Assembly: GCA_963840855.1 (NCBI GenBank)
Contig: CAWJBB010000017.1
Location: 1 to 40,278 of the forward strand
DNA length: 40,278 nt
From: an uncultured delta proteobacterium
Lineage (GTDB): Bacteria > Desulfobacterota > Binatia > UBA9968
Direction: 5' to 3'
A program made the position numbers and the translations under genes. Of the stretch, positions 29,064 through 38,266 are shown in pieces. The stretch's first letter is position 1, and each line of letters opens with the position of its first letter. Under the pieces are notes generated by a model. It did no database searches, had not been told where the DNA came from, and was given only the letters and a program-made list of their open reading frames with translations.

Positions 29064-30008
29064 ATGATCAAAATGAATCAGCGGCGTATGTATTATTTTG
29101 TCCTCGTCGCGGCGGCGCTTCTCGTCGGCGTAACTACGGATTCCAACGTTGCCGCACAAACGCGGGAGCAGGCGGAAATCAAGACGCTGTCTTTGGGAAT
29201 GGTTTCTGAAACCCATCGGAAGCAAGTTGAAGAGCACTTCGGCGACTTTGTGCGCTACGTGACGCGCAAGCTCTCGTCCGGGTCGGAGATCGAGGGCAAA
29301 GTTGTGACGGCGCCGACGCCGTTCGAGCTCGCGAAGCTTCTTGATCAACGGCGGGTCGATTTCTATATGGAAAGCGCCTATCCGACTTATGTCGTCAATT
29401 TTGTGCACGGCAATGGGAAGTTGCTCTTGCGCCGTTGGAAGAGCGGCATGGCCGATTATTACAGCGTCATTTTTACCAAACGGAACAGTGGCATAAAGCG
29501 CCTGGAGGACCTGAAGGGCAAAACTATCGTCTTCGAGGATGCGGCATCGACTTCAGGCTACTTGCTGCCGAAATTGTTTTTGCTCCGCCGCGGATTGAAG
29601 CTTACGGAAAAGCGAGGATTCAATCCCGATAGCGCGCCGACGGACATTAGCTATGTTTTTGCTTACACTCAAGAGACGCTTGTCGAGCAGGTTCTCACGC
29701 AACAAGCGGCCGCCGGCGCTTTCAGCAACGACGATTTTGGCGCGCTCGACGAAAAGACAAAGGTCGACATTGCCATCCTGGCGCAAACTGAACGGCTGCC
29801 GCGCCACTTGGTTTCCGTGCGTAGCGATCTCGCTCCGGCGCTGGCTAGCCGCCTGGAAACGATTTTGCTCGCGATGCATGAAGACGCGGAAGGTCGAAAA
29901 ATCTTGCAAAAGACCGATAACACCACCAAGTTCGATATGCTGCCGGGAGGGGAAGCGAGCATGCGCCGGAGGCTATTAGATAGTTTTTTCTCTCCCGATA
30001 AAAAATAG
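29064..30008 (+). CDS. Phosphate/phosphite/phosphonate SBP (PhnD-like), orphan
   Basis: YYSVIF, LEDLKGK.IVFEDAASTSGYLLP motif, signal peptide; no phnCE nearby. Confidence 0.85.
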   Translation: MIKMNQRRMYYFVLVAAALLVGVTTDSNVAAQTREQAEIKTLSLGMVSETHRKQVEEHFGDFVRYVTRKLSSGSEIEGKVVTAPTPFELAKLLDQRRVDFYMESAYPTYVVNFVHGNGKLLLRRWKSGMADYYSVIFTKRNSGIKRLEDLKGKTIVFEDAASTSGYLLPKLFLLRRGLKLTEKRGFNPDSAPTDISYVFAYTQETLVEQVLTQQAAAGAFSNDDFGALDEKTKVDIAILAQTERLPRHLVSVRSDLAPALASRLETILLAMHEDAEGRKILQKTDNTTKFDMLPGGEASMRRRLLDSFFSPDKK

Positions 30009-30037
30009 GCACTTCCGGGTTTAATGTGAAGGAGGAT

Positions 30038-30122
30038 TCACCGCAGAAGCACAGAGTTCGCAGAGTTCGGAGTATTGTTTAAGCAACACTCTTTACTCCG
30101 CGCCCTCCGCGCCTCCGCGGTG
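30038..30122. repeat. CGCAGAG palindromic repeat family
   Basis: TCACCGCAGAAGCACAGAGTTCGCAGAG-TTCGGA-spacer-CTCCGCGCCCTCCGCGCCTCCGCGGTG. Confidence 0.75.
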
Positions 30123-30171
30123 CAATCTCCGAGTCATTGTGCTGAAATAGCATTGCCCGGGTTAACCATAG

Positions 30172-30297
30172 CCGGCCGCGTTCGGCGACGATCCGTGGCC
30201 CCATGGAATCCGGAAAAACCGCGCCAACCTGGAACGCTTTATCGATTACTCCCTCGACCAAGGACTCATGGAGAAAATACTCGGGCTGGATTCGTAA
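30172..30297 (+). pseudogene. C-terminal remnant of a 4,5-dihydroxyphthalate-decarboxylase-like/SBP-fold gene
   Basis: Frame reads FGDDPWPHGIRKNRANLERFIDYSLDQGLMEK; no start codon, in-frame TAG at 30169. Confidence 0.65.
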
Positions 30298-30299
30298 AT

Positions 30300-30494
30300 A
30301 TGCCGCTTACCGTAAAGTGTCCCACTTGTCGCGCCGAGACTCACTGGGAAAACAACCCGCACCGACCCTTTTGTTCCGAGCGCTGCCAGCTCATCGATCT
30401 CGACGCGTGGACTACGGACAAATATCGTGTTCCCGCGCAGGATCTGGATTTTGACGCTGGCGATGATGAGGACGATGAAGAGGAACGCGGTTAA
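30300..30494 (+). CDS. yacG: DNA gyrase inhibitor YacG
   Basis: VKCPTC...RPFCSERCQLIDL.AW....YRVP zinc finger and acidic tail. Confidence 0.93.
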   Translation: MPLTVKCPTCRAETHWENNPHRPFCSERCQLIDLDAWTTDKYRVPAQDLDFDAGDDEDDEEERG

Positions 30495-30501
30495 AGTGTG
30501 A

Positions 30502-30740
30502 CTCGCGCAAAGGCGCAAAGACGCCAAGGTGACGGGCGAAGGCCCGTCATGCCGAGCGAATGCGAGGGATCTGAGAAAGATTTCTCTCGTTGGTCGAAAT
30601 GACAACGCGTCTTACTTGGCGACTTGGCGGGAGATAAATCCGATTCTGGAGAAGAGTATACTCGCGCAAAGGCGCAAAGACGCCAAGGGTCGGACAAATA
30701 AGTAAGAGTCTTTCCTTGCGCGCTGGGCGTCTTGGCGCGA
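30502..30740. repeat. Composite repeat: two CTCGCGCAAAGGCGCAAAGACGCCAAGG arms (30502, 30661), an inverted arm (30714-30740) and a nested CGTC-type REP doublet (30545-30604)
   Basis: Exact 28-nt direct repeat; CGTCATGCCGAGCGAATGCGAGGGATCT / AGATTTCTCTCGTTGGTCGAAATGACA inverted pair. Confidence 0.8.
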
Positions 30741-30764
30741 AAAACAATAGCGAAAATCGCTTCC

Positions 30765-31619
30765 ATGAGTATTCACCCCACCGCAGTCATTGACCCTCAG
30801 GCGGAGATCGATGCCGATGTCGCCATCGGTCCCTACGTCGTCATCGATGGCCCAGTCAAAATCAAACGCGGCAGCCGAGTGATGGCCCACGCCTACCTGA
30901 CGGGGTGGACGGAGATCGGCGCCGACAACGAGATTCATCCAGGCGCAGTCATCGGCGAGGCGCCCCAGGATAAAGCCTACAAGGGGGAAGAAACCTACCT
31001 AAGAATCGGCGACCACAATATCATTCGCGAACATGCGCAGATTCATCGCGGCACGGCGCCAGGCTCGGCGACGATAGTAGGTAATCATAACTTTCTCATG
31101 GCGAACTCGCACATTGGCCACAACTGCAATATTGGCGATAACGTAACGCTCGCCAACGGCGCCCTGATCGCCGGTTACGTTGAAATGGGTAAACATGTCT
31201 TTATCTCCGGCAACTGCGTCGTACACCAGTTCGTGCGCATCGGCGACTACGCCCTGATGCGCGGTCTCAGCGCCACGAGCCGCGATGTGCCGCCCTACGC
31301 CATCATCGATTGGCAACACACCGTGCGCGGCGTGAACGTCATCGGCTTGAAGCGCGCCGGATTCGATGACAAACGCATTCGCGAGATTAGAGAGGCCTTT
31401 CGCGTGCTGTTCCGCAAAGGACGCAATCTTTCGCTGGCGGTGAAGGAGTTAGAAATGCACGAAGGGGCCAACAGCGATGTGTCGACCCTGCTGGATTTTA
31501 TCAAGTCCTCGAAGCGCGGTGTCTGCTTTGGCGATCAGCGCGTGGCGGTCGTCTCGGGCGTAGCCGGAGCCGCTTCGACGCGCGGGCCGCTTTCGGGCGG
31601 CGGCGCTCCGACGAAATAA
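30765..31619 (+). CDS. lpxA: Acyl-ACP--UDP-N-acetylglucosamine O-acyltransferase
   Basis: IHPTAVID, hexapeptide repeats, PQDKAYKGE, IHRGT, SHIGHNC (catalytic His), VHQFVRIG, DVPPY, GVNVIGLKRAGF. Confidence 0.95.
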   Translation: MSIHPTAVIDPQAEIDADVAIGPYVVIDGPVKIKRGSRVMAHAYLTGWTEIGADNEIHPGAVIGEAPQDKAYKGEETYLRIGDHNIIREHAQIHRGTAPGSATIVGNHNFLMANSHIGHNCNIGDNVTLANGALIAGYVEMGKHVFISGNCVVHQFVRIGDYALMRGLSATSRDVPPYAIIDWQHTVRGVNVIGLKRAGFDDKRIREIREAFRVLFRKGRNLSLAVKELEMHEGANSDVSTLLDFIKSSKRGVCFGDQRVAVVSGVAGAASTRGPLSGGGAPTK

Positions 31620-31948
31620 AGCGGGTCCGTGCCCTTCAGGTTGCTCGGCGTGACAACCCAGTTGCCCTTCACCGCGGGGTATATAATGTTATTCGCTACG
31701 TCTGCGCGCCCCATGGTCACTGCGTACCCGAGCCCACCCGTTAGCAGACCCAAGGTTGCATAGGTGAACTTCGCCGGGATGTAAAAAAAACTGGCGACTG
31801 CCGCTCCGAAGCCGTAACCCATCTCCTCCGTTATCGATTCCTGAGCGGGCGGCGGTTCCTGTGGCGCCGCCGTCTGGGCGTGCAGGGGAGAAAAGGTCAT
31901 GGCCACAAACAAACTTAGGGCAAGGCCCTTGAGCATTTGTGTTTTCAT
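31535..31948 (-). CDS. Hypothetical exported/membrane protein
   Basis: Signal peptide ending LHA-Q, Gly-rich hydrophobic core, Pro-rich tail. Confidence 0.75.
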   Translation of the reverse strand: MKTQMLKGLALSLFVAMTFSPLHAQTAAPQEPPPAQESITEEMGYGFGAAVASFFYIPAKFTYATLGLLTGGLGYAVTMGRADVANNIIYPAVKGNWVVTPSNLKGTDPLYFVGAPPPESGPRVEAAPATPETTATR

Positions 31949-31954
31949 GCGCCA

Positions 31955-31983
31955 AAAATATCCCAGAAGCGTGTTATTGTCAA
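31955..31983 (-). promoter_or_regulatory. sigma70-type promoter (TTGACA-17-TATTTT), 6 nt before the ATG
   Basis: Reverse strand TTGACA ATAACACGCTTCTGGGA TATTTT TGGCGC ATG. The -35 lies in the palindrome TTATTG-T-CAATAA. Confidence 0.6.
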
Positions 31984-32139
31984 TAATATCATTCTAAATT
32001 GACGATTTGTACGAGAACTTGGCTTTGCACGTGCTCCGCGCGGGGGCTATGAATTTATAAGTGTCTAAAATCGTAATAGTAGGCTAATTTTCAGGCGTTA
32101 AAAATAACAAAACGCCATTCTTAAAATGTACAAACGCAG

Positions 32140-35100
32140 CTAAGACTTTGGTCTGCCCAGAAAAAAACGCTCATAGCAGGCGCGGATTTTTTCCCGCTTG
32201 GATTCGTAATCGCGCAGCAGTCTTAGGCCGGATTTCGCTTTCGAAGTTTTGCCGCTTCCCTGCGCGCCGTTGTAGCCAAGGGCGCGCGCGATGCCTTCCA
32301 AACGCGTGGCATCGGCTTCGAAGGCGTCGATGGATTGGTCGCGTTCCAGGCGCAGGCGATGATCCAAACGGCGCAAGAACAGATAACCTTCGGCGAGTAG
32401 TTTGTAGTCAACGTTTTTCAGTATCTTGCACTCGAACAATTTTTTTAGCGCTTCCAGAGTTTCGCGGCGGCGCAGTGCTCGCGCATGATGGCCGTGAGCG
32501 AGCTGCAACATCTGCGTTGCGAATTCAATGTCCACAAGGCCACCGCGGCCTTTCTTGAGATTGAAGCGTGTCTCGTCTTCGCCCGCCAGCTCCCGCTCCA
32601 TGCGCATACGCAGATAATGAATCGCGCCGATACCTTCCTCCGACAAGCCCGCGCCATAGGCGAAGCCTTCTGCGATTTTTTCAATTTCCTTTCCGAGGGC
32701 TGGATCACCAGCAACGAACCGCGTCTTGATTAGCGCTTGTCGCTCCCAGAGCTGGGAATCGCTCTGGTGATACTGCCGATAGGCATCCAGCGAACAGACC
32801 ACGGGGCCGGCTTTGCCGGAGGGGCGAAGCTGCATGTCAATCTTGTATGCGATGCCCTCCTCGGTGGGAGCGGAGAGATAGGTGATCAATTTCTGTCCCA
32901 GGCGCACGTAGAATTCATGGGCCGTCAACCGGCCTTGGGAGCCGCCACGGGACCGCGCGTCGTGATCCGCTTGATAAACGAAGACTAGATCGAGATCGGA
33001 GTTGTAATCGATCTCGCGGCCGCCCATCTTGCCGCCGCCGATGATTGCGAAATGCCCCTCGGGCACCCCGCCGTATTTTTTCTCGAGCTCCTCGAAGGTA
33101 AAGCTCAGCGCCCCTTCAAGGCAGGCGGCAGCGAGATCCGAGAGCTGATGCAGAACGGGAACCAGCTCAACGGCGCCGCCGAGATCGTGCAAGCCAATGC
33201 GGATGAATTCCTCGGTCTTATAGCGCCTGAGCGCGTTCAACTTTGCTTCGACGTCGCTTTGCTCATCGAGCGCCGCACGCAGGTCAAAAAGCATCTCGTC
33301 TTTGGTCTTCTCGACGCGCGTTAAATCAACGCGAATCAAAGTATCGATCAACTCCGGTCGGTTCAAAAAAAGATCGGTGAGAAACTGGCTATCGGCGAAC
33401 AAAGTAACCAGCAAGCGCATGGTTTCCGGATTCTCCGCAAGCAGCGTGAGAAAGCCGGTGCGGCCGCCGATACTGTGGCAAAACTTGGAGAGATTAAGCA
33501 GCGCCTGATCCGGCGCGCCGGTTTTTGCGATCTCCGTGATCAAGGCTGGCCCGAGAGCGCGCATCACCTGGCGTCTTTTCGGGCTTGGCGGCGCAAAGAC
33601 CTCGCCATCGCGCACAGCAAGCAGATTCTCGTACGCTTTTTTCGGTTGGGTAAATCCGGCGCTGCGCAATTCGTTGACGATGACCTCCTCGCGGTCCAGG
33701 TCATGCCAGATCGCGCCGGTATGGGAAACTCCTTCGTCGGCTATTTCCTTCTGCGCGCTGTAGAACAGCCGGTCAAAGATCTCCCGCACAGTTTTGGTAT
33801 ATTTCCGATGATCGCGCCAAAAAAGCTCGCGCTCGCTCAGTTTGCCTCTGGCTCGATAGCCGAGGCGGCGCGCGAAGCGCTGCTCTTCGTCTTTGCCCTC
33901 GGGAATCGAATGAGCGTGGGCTTCCTGCACGATTTGAACTTTATGTTCCGCCTGGCGAAGAAAGCGATAGGCTCTGGTTAACTTGTCGCGTTCTTTGGGG
34001 GAAATGAAATTATGGCGCGCTAGCTCCGCCAGGGCCGGTAGCGTGCTTGGGCCTTTCAGCTCAGGCTCGTAACCGCCATTGACCAGTTGCAGCGCCTGGG
34101 TAAAGAATTCAATCTCGCGAATGCCGCCGTAGCCGAGCTTGATGTTACGCTGCTTACCGTCGCCGGTCAGCAGTTCATTTTCGATCCGCAACTTCATGTG
34201 CCGCAGCTCGTCGACGGTCGTATAGTCGAGGTAACGCCGGTAAATGAACGGCTCGACCTCTTTAAGGAAGGCGTTTCCCAAATCGCGAGCGCCCGCCACC
34301 GGCCTGGCTTTAATCAAGGCGGCGCGCTCCCAGCATTGTCCCCACGATTCATAATAGAGCATAGCGGAGCCGACGGATTGTACCAACGGGCCGTTGGCGC
34401 CGAGGGGGCGAAGCCTGAGGTCGATGCGAAAAACAAACCCGTCTTCGGTGACCTGACCCATGGCTTGAATGATTTTCTTGCCGATGGCGGCGAAAAACTC
34501 CCGTGGGCGTCGTTTTACCTTTCAGGCCGCCTGCGCTTTCTCCTTCGTCGCTCTCGTAGAGAAAGATCACGTCGATATCGGAGCTGAAATTGAGCTCGCC
34601 GCCGCCGAGCTTGCCCATGCCGAGTATGACCATACGGTTGCGCTGTGTGCTGCCGGGGACGTTCAGGACGCCGTAATCCTTTTCGACTTCCGCTCTGCAG
34701 AACCGGTAAGCAGCTTCCAGTGACGCTTCGGCAAGCGCGGTGAGCTCCCGCACGGTCTCCTCCATGGTAAACGACGGCATAAGATCACTCGCGCCGATGC
34801 GCAGGTACTCGCGCTGCTTGTAACGGCGCAGGTCGGCGCAAAATTCCGCAATCGAACCGGCGTTCCTTAGGTAAGGCTCTAATTCGCGCAGGTGCACCGC
34901 GACAGATTTGCTCTTGATCCGGAGCTGGTGGAGAAAGAGATCTGGCCAGTCTTTTCCCTGGCGGAACAGAATGTCGCTGAGATAGGTACTGCCGCCGAGA
35001 ACTCCAAACAAGGCGGCCAAGTCGGCGCGGGGGACTTTAGCCAAGGCCTTTGCGCCGCCGCTTTCGATGAGCCGCGAGAGATTGGCTTCCGCGAGCGCAG

Positions 35101-35179
35101 GGGACGGGCCGTTTTTTAGGAACGACTGATATTTCCGCGGGAGAGCCGAAGCGCGTTGATTCTTGCGACCCTTATTCAC
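32140..35179 (-). CDS. glnE: Bifunctional glutamine synthetase adenylyltransferase/adenylyl-removing enzyme, one +1 frameshift near 34506
   Basis: Two nucleotidyltransferase domains: GMGKLGGGELNFSSDID...RIDLRLRP.G and GKMGGREIDYNSDLD...IDMQLRPSG. Removing one C joins the ORFs as KTTPREFFAAIGKKIIQAMGQVT. Confidence 0.95.
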
Positions 35180-35185
35180 GTTTTC

Positions 35186-35214
35186 ACAGTAGCGGCATCA
35201 AAAAAAACCTTCAA
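35186..35214 (-). promoter_or_regulatory. sigma70-type promoter of glnE (TTGAAG-17-TACTGT), 6 nt before the GTG
   Basis: Read directly on the reverse strand; no Shine-Dalgarno. Confidence 0.5.
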
Positions 35215-35253
35215 GCTAGTATTGTATCTCTAAAATCGGGGGACTTATTTACA

Positions 35254-35374
35254 CGTCATTCCGGCCAAGCTGGCGATAGCTAGCGCGAGCCGGAATCCAG
35301 GAATTTTAGAATGTTATAAATTCCCGCTTTAGCCTCCGGCTGATCCGTCCTTTGGCGGATCCGCGGGAATGACG
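35254..35374. repeat. CGTC-type REP inverted doublet
   Basis: CGTCATTCCGGC...GCCGGAATCCAG ... ATTCCCGC...GCGGGAATGACG with nested small palindromes. Confidence 0.75.
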
Positions 35375-35574
35375 ACTAAGGCTATCTTGCATAAAATACA
35401 ACAGCGTGAGACGCGACACTAGTTTCGGTGCGATTCCACTGCTCGTACTCTAGTATCTGCGTTTACACCGCCGTGAACGGATGGACACCCTTCTGCCTGG
35501 CGCTGACCGCACAAGAAAACAACAGCGTGAACAATTTCAACGCCTTACACCGATGCAAGTAGACATGACCCGAG

Positions 35575-35591
35575 CTGGCATTGAGGTTGCT
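35575..35591 (+). promoter_or_regulatory. sigma54 (-24/-12) promoter
   Basis: CTGGCATTGAGGTTGCT, GG-N10-GC, close to consensus YTGGCAC-N5-TTGCW. Confidence 0.7.
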
Positions 35592-35747
35592 CATTCCTTT
35601 GGGAACGATTGATTGAATCATCGTCGCACGAGGTGAAGCTCTCATCTAAGGAAAGGCGCTGGGTCATGAGACGAAACCTTGAGCATGTCGGAACAGTCAA
35701 CGACTGCGGGGATGGTTGTTGAAATTGACCTTTGGAGGGTAGCAGTC

Positions 35748-36566
35748 ATGCCGATCATCACAATCTATCAAGGCGCTTCCGCCGAAGGCCAGGAATTGGC
35801 CGAAAGTGTGGCCCAGACTCTTGGCTGCCGTTGTATCGGGCGGGAAGTGCTCGTCAGGGCGAGCCGGTGCTATGGCATACCCGAAGCAAAACTCAACGAG
35901 ATCGTCGAAAAAGGCCCACACTGGTGGGAGCGTCTGGTGCGAGATCTGCGGCCCTACAGGGTCGCCCTTCAAGCAACCTTGTGCGAACTGGCTCACGACG
36001 GCAAAGTGGTTTACCATGGCCACTTGGGTCATGAGCTTTTGTCCGGTATCGGGCATGTGTTGAAAGTACTTTTGACCGCGCCAATCGAATATCGCGTCGA
36101 GCAAGTCCAGCGGCGGCAAAATTTCACTGCCATGGCGGCGCGCCACTATATCGAAGAGGTAGACAAAGCGCGCAGCCGCCGGCTCATGACGATGTTCGGC
36201 GCGGATTGGCGCGATCCTAATCGCTATGACCTTATTCTCAATATGAGCAAGGTGAGCCGAGAGGGAGCGAAGCGTCTAATCATTGAGGCGGCAAAGCTCC
36301 AAGAGTACCAGGCCACTCCGGTATCCAATCAGGCTTTCAACGACCTCGCTCTTGGTTCGCAGGTCCTTGCCACGTTATTTGCATCGCCCGAAATACAAAG
36401 ATCCGGTCTCGAAGTTCGCGCCGCGGCTGGTCATATTCACGTCAAGGGTAGAGTAGACTTCGGATTGGAAGACGAAGTAGTAACGCTTGTAAAAAACATG
36501 CCGGGTGTGATCAAGGTGACAACAGACGTTTATTCTGTCCCGCCTGAAGGTCTCGTGAGACTCTAA
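35748..36566 (+). CDS. Cytidylate kinase-like family protein with C-terminal BON domain (copy 1)
   Basis: IITI..G...G.ELAE.VA..LG, YIEEVDKARSR, DWRDPNRYDLILN; BON-like LEVRA..GHIHVKGRV...VKNMPGV..V. GGAGG RBS. Confidence 0.85.
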   Translation: MPIITIYQGASAEGQELAESVAQTLGCRCIGREVLVRASRCYGIPEAKLNEIVEKGPHWWERLVRDLRPYRVALQATLCELAHDGKVVYHGHLGHELLSGIGHVLKVLLTAPIEYRVEQVQRRQNFTAMAARHYIEEVDKARSRRLMTMFGADWRDPNRYDLILNMSKVSREGAKRLIIEAAKLQEYQATPVSNQAFNDLALGSQVLATLFASPEIQRSGLEVRAAAGHIHVKGRVDFGLEDEVVTLVKNMPGVIKVTTDVYSVPPEGLVRL

Positions 36567-36894
36567 GTAACGGCGAATCAGTCGCGGTTGGTTTTTGCCG
36601 TGGCCGGTCTCAGTGATGAAATGGACGCGGCCTACATCGCAGAACATATTAAGAGTAGAGGAAAACCAGATTGACCATCCACGCCGGCGAAGCGAAAAGC
36701 TTTATCCGGCGGACGTGGTGATGGAGTGAACCTTCGACCGTCTACTTTGGATACAGCGGTGGTAACTAATCGATACACGGTAATAGGAAAAAGGCTACGT
36801 CATTCCTCGTCCCTAGCAACCTTTGAAGCTGCTTCGGGCAACAAGCTCCTTTAACTCAAGAGAATTATTCTTGCTCGGCTCTTCCTTAGCTTGG

Positions 36895-36910
36895 CGGCAT
36901 ATGGTTTGCT
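36895..36910 (+). promoter_or_regulatory. Possible sigma54 promoter
   Basis: CGGCATATGGTTTGCT, GG-N10-GC, about 50 nt upstream of the ATG at 36960. Confidence 0.55.
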
Positions 36911-36959
36911 GTGCTATTTGTTAGGTTACTACGTCTAACTCCGTGGGGAGGGTAATCCG

Positions 36960-37382
36960 ATGAAAAGGTTTTTCTTGGCGGTCACACTGCTGGCTTTGCT
37001 TGTCTTGGGCACCCGCGACCTTCAGGCGCAGGCATATGGTCCTTACTACTACAATCCATATTGGGATGTTCAGTATCAGCAATATCAGCAGTATTTGCAG
37101 TGGCAGCAATATTTGGCTTATTTGCAACAATATGATCCGTACTATGAGCTGCATGTGATGCACTACCAGCTATATCTCCCCCCGTACCCGTCATATCAAC
37201 TATATCAACCCTGCTGCTATGCAGGGGGTGTTATCGTTCCAGAGCCGCGACCGATTATGAATCCTCGATTGCGAGCGTTTACTGGCACTCGGTCGCAAGC
37301 GGCTGTCGCTCCGCTACCGCGAGCCGCCGGTCCACTCCCAGGGGCGGTCAGTCCATTGCCACAATCGACCGGGAGAAGGTAA
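36960..37382 (+). CDS. Secreted Tyr/Gln-rich low-complexity hypothetical protein
   Basis: GGGAGGG RBS, Sec signal peptide, YQQ repeats, PCCY, Pro-rich tail. Confidence 0.8.
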   Translation: MKRFFLAVTLLALLVLGTRDLQAQAYGPYYYNPYWDVQYQQYQQYLQWQQYLAYLQQYDPYYELHVMHYQLYLPPYPSYQLYQPCCYAGGVIVPEPRPIMNPRLRAFTGTRSQAAVAPLPRAAGPLPGAVSPLPQSTGRR

Positions 37383-37525
37383 AGAGGCCCAGGCCTGTAG
37401 CTGCTCCGACCGTGCTCGAGAATACAGGGCGCCTCTGCAGGAGCCAACCAGCCAAGCGGCAGAAGTTTCAGTTTGACAATGTAGACTGAAACGTCATTCA
37501 ACCTGACCGTGAGGTGAAACGGATC

Positions 37526-37667
37526 TTGACAGCCCTCCGCAATGTGATATTTGTGCGTTCCTAACAAAGCCTCCCCCAGTCATTGAGAAGGCTTCCCGTG
37601 TGATGCGAGGCCAAACCGGAGGAACGCACGACGTTCTTCGGAGGGGGAAATGAACAGAAGAGTTTAG
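37526..37667 (+). promoter_or_regulatory. Candidate structured leader or small RNA with a 5-codon uORF
   Basis: TTGACA at 37526, perfect 10-bp stem 37553-37562/37620-37629, SD GGAGGGGG followed by ATG AAC AGA AGA GTT TAG. Confidence 0.45.
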
Positions 37668-37716
37668 GGCCAGCCGCTCGGGCGATTTGTCTCGCCAGAG
37701 TGCGCTGGCCTTTTTT
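37668..37716 (+). terminator. Intrinsic terminator
   Basis: GGCCAGC-CGCTC-GGCGA..TCGCC-GAGTG-GCTGGCC stem followed by TTTTTT. Confidence 0.8.
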
Positions 37717-37843
37717 ATTCCCTGAGATCAGCTACAAGGCCCATCGGGACCCCAAGTCAATCAGGTGCACTCGCTATGCATTTCGTTTTCCGTGTCGTCG
37801 CCAATCGAAAGAGGGTCTCAATAAATTCAAACGGAGGTGCTTT

Positions 37844-38128
37844 ATGCCTAGAGGAGTTATTTTAGTGGACTATACAGATCAAGGTCGACGCACTATCGCA
37901 GACTCGCCTGATAGAGCCGAGGCGTCCAAAGCCGAAGCGGCTAAACTGGGCATCCAGGTCAAAGACCTCTTCTATACGCCGGGCGGCCCGCATGATGCGG
38001 CAATTATCATCGAGGCGGAAGGCCCTGAGCCTATCAACAAGTTCATGTCGAGCGTCCAGTCGTTAGGCAACGTGAAAATGAAATTTATCCGGGCTTTCTC
38101 AATCGAGGAGATGCGTAAAATGGTCTAG
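37844..38128 (+). CDS. GYD domain protein
   Basis: YTDQG..TI.DSPDRAEA....A.KLG..VK..FYT.G..D.....E...GNV pattern; GGAGGT RBS. Confidence 0.85.
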   Translation: MPRGVILVDYTDQGRRTIADSPDRAEASKAEAAKLGIQVKDLFYTPGGPHDAAIIIEAEGPEPINKFMSSVQSLGNVKMKFIRAFSIEEMRKMV

Positions 38129-38266
38129 CAGCAAATTTGAGCAGGTGGCGAACAGAACAGTTTGGAGCAGCCCCCAACGAGGACCCTGTCAAATTGGGTC
38201 CCGGCCGGGGTTAGGGCGCCGAGGTGAACAAGATTTTGGCAGAAATTGCGAAACAAGGAGGGTTTT

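Noticed and set aside
32019-32036. GG-N10-GC sigma54-like motif TTGGCTTTGCACGTGCT
   Set aside because: Poor consensus match and no plus-strand gene downstream.
590-34510. Frameshifts in the first SBP (~592), MmgE-1 (~5107, ~4977) and glnE (~34506) as programmed frameshifting or pseudogenes
   Set aside because: Each is fixed by deleting one base from a 2-3 nt run (TT, GG, GG, CCC), with no slippery heptamer, no internal stops and no other decay. Long-read consensus error is the simplest explanation; raw reads would settle it.
35413-35432. Possible NtrC site upstream of the sigma54 promoter
   Set aside because: Spacing and half-sites do not fit GCAC-N7-GTGC.
36960-37382. YQ-rich protein as a RiPP precursor
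   Set aside because: It has a Sec-type signal peptide, and no radical SAM, YcaO, P450, peptidase or exporter gene is visible nearby.
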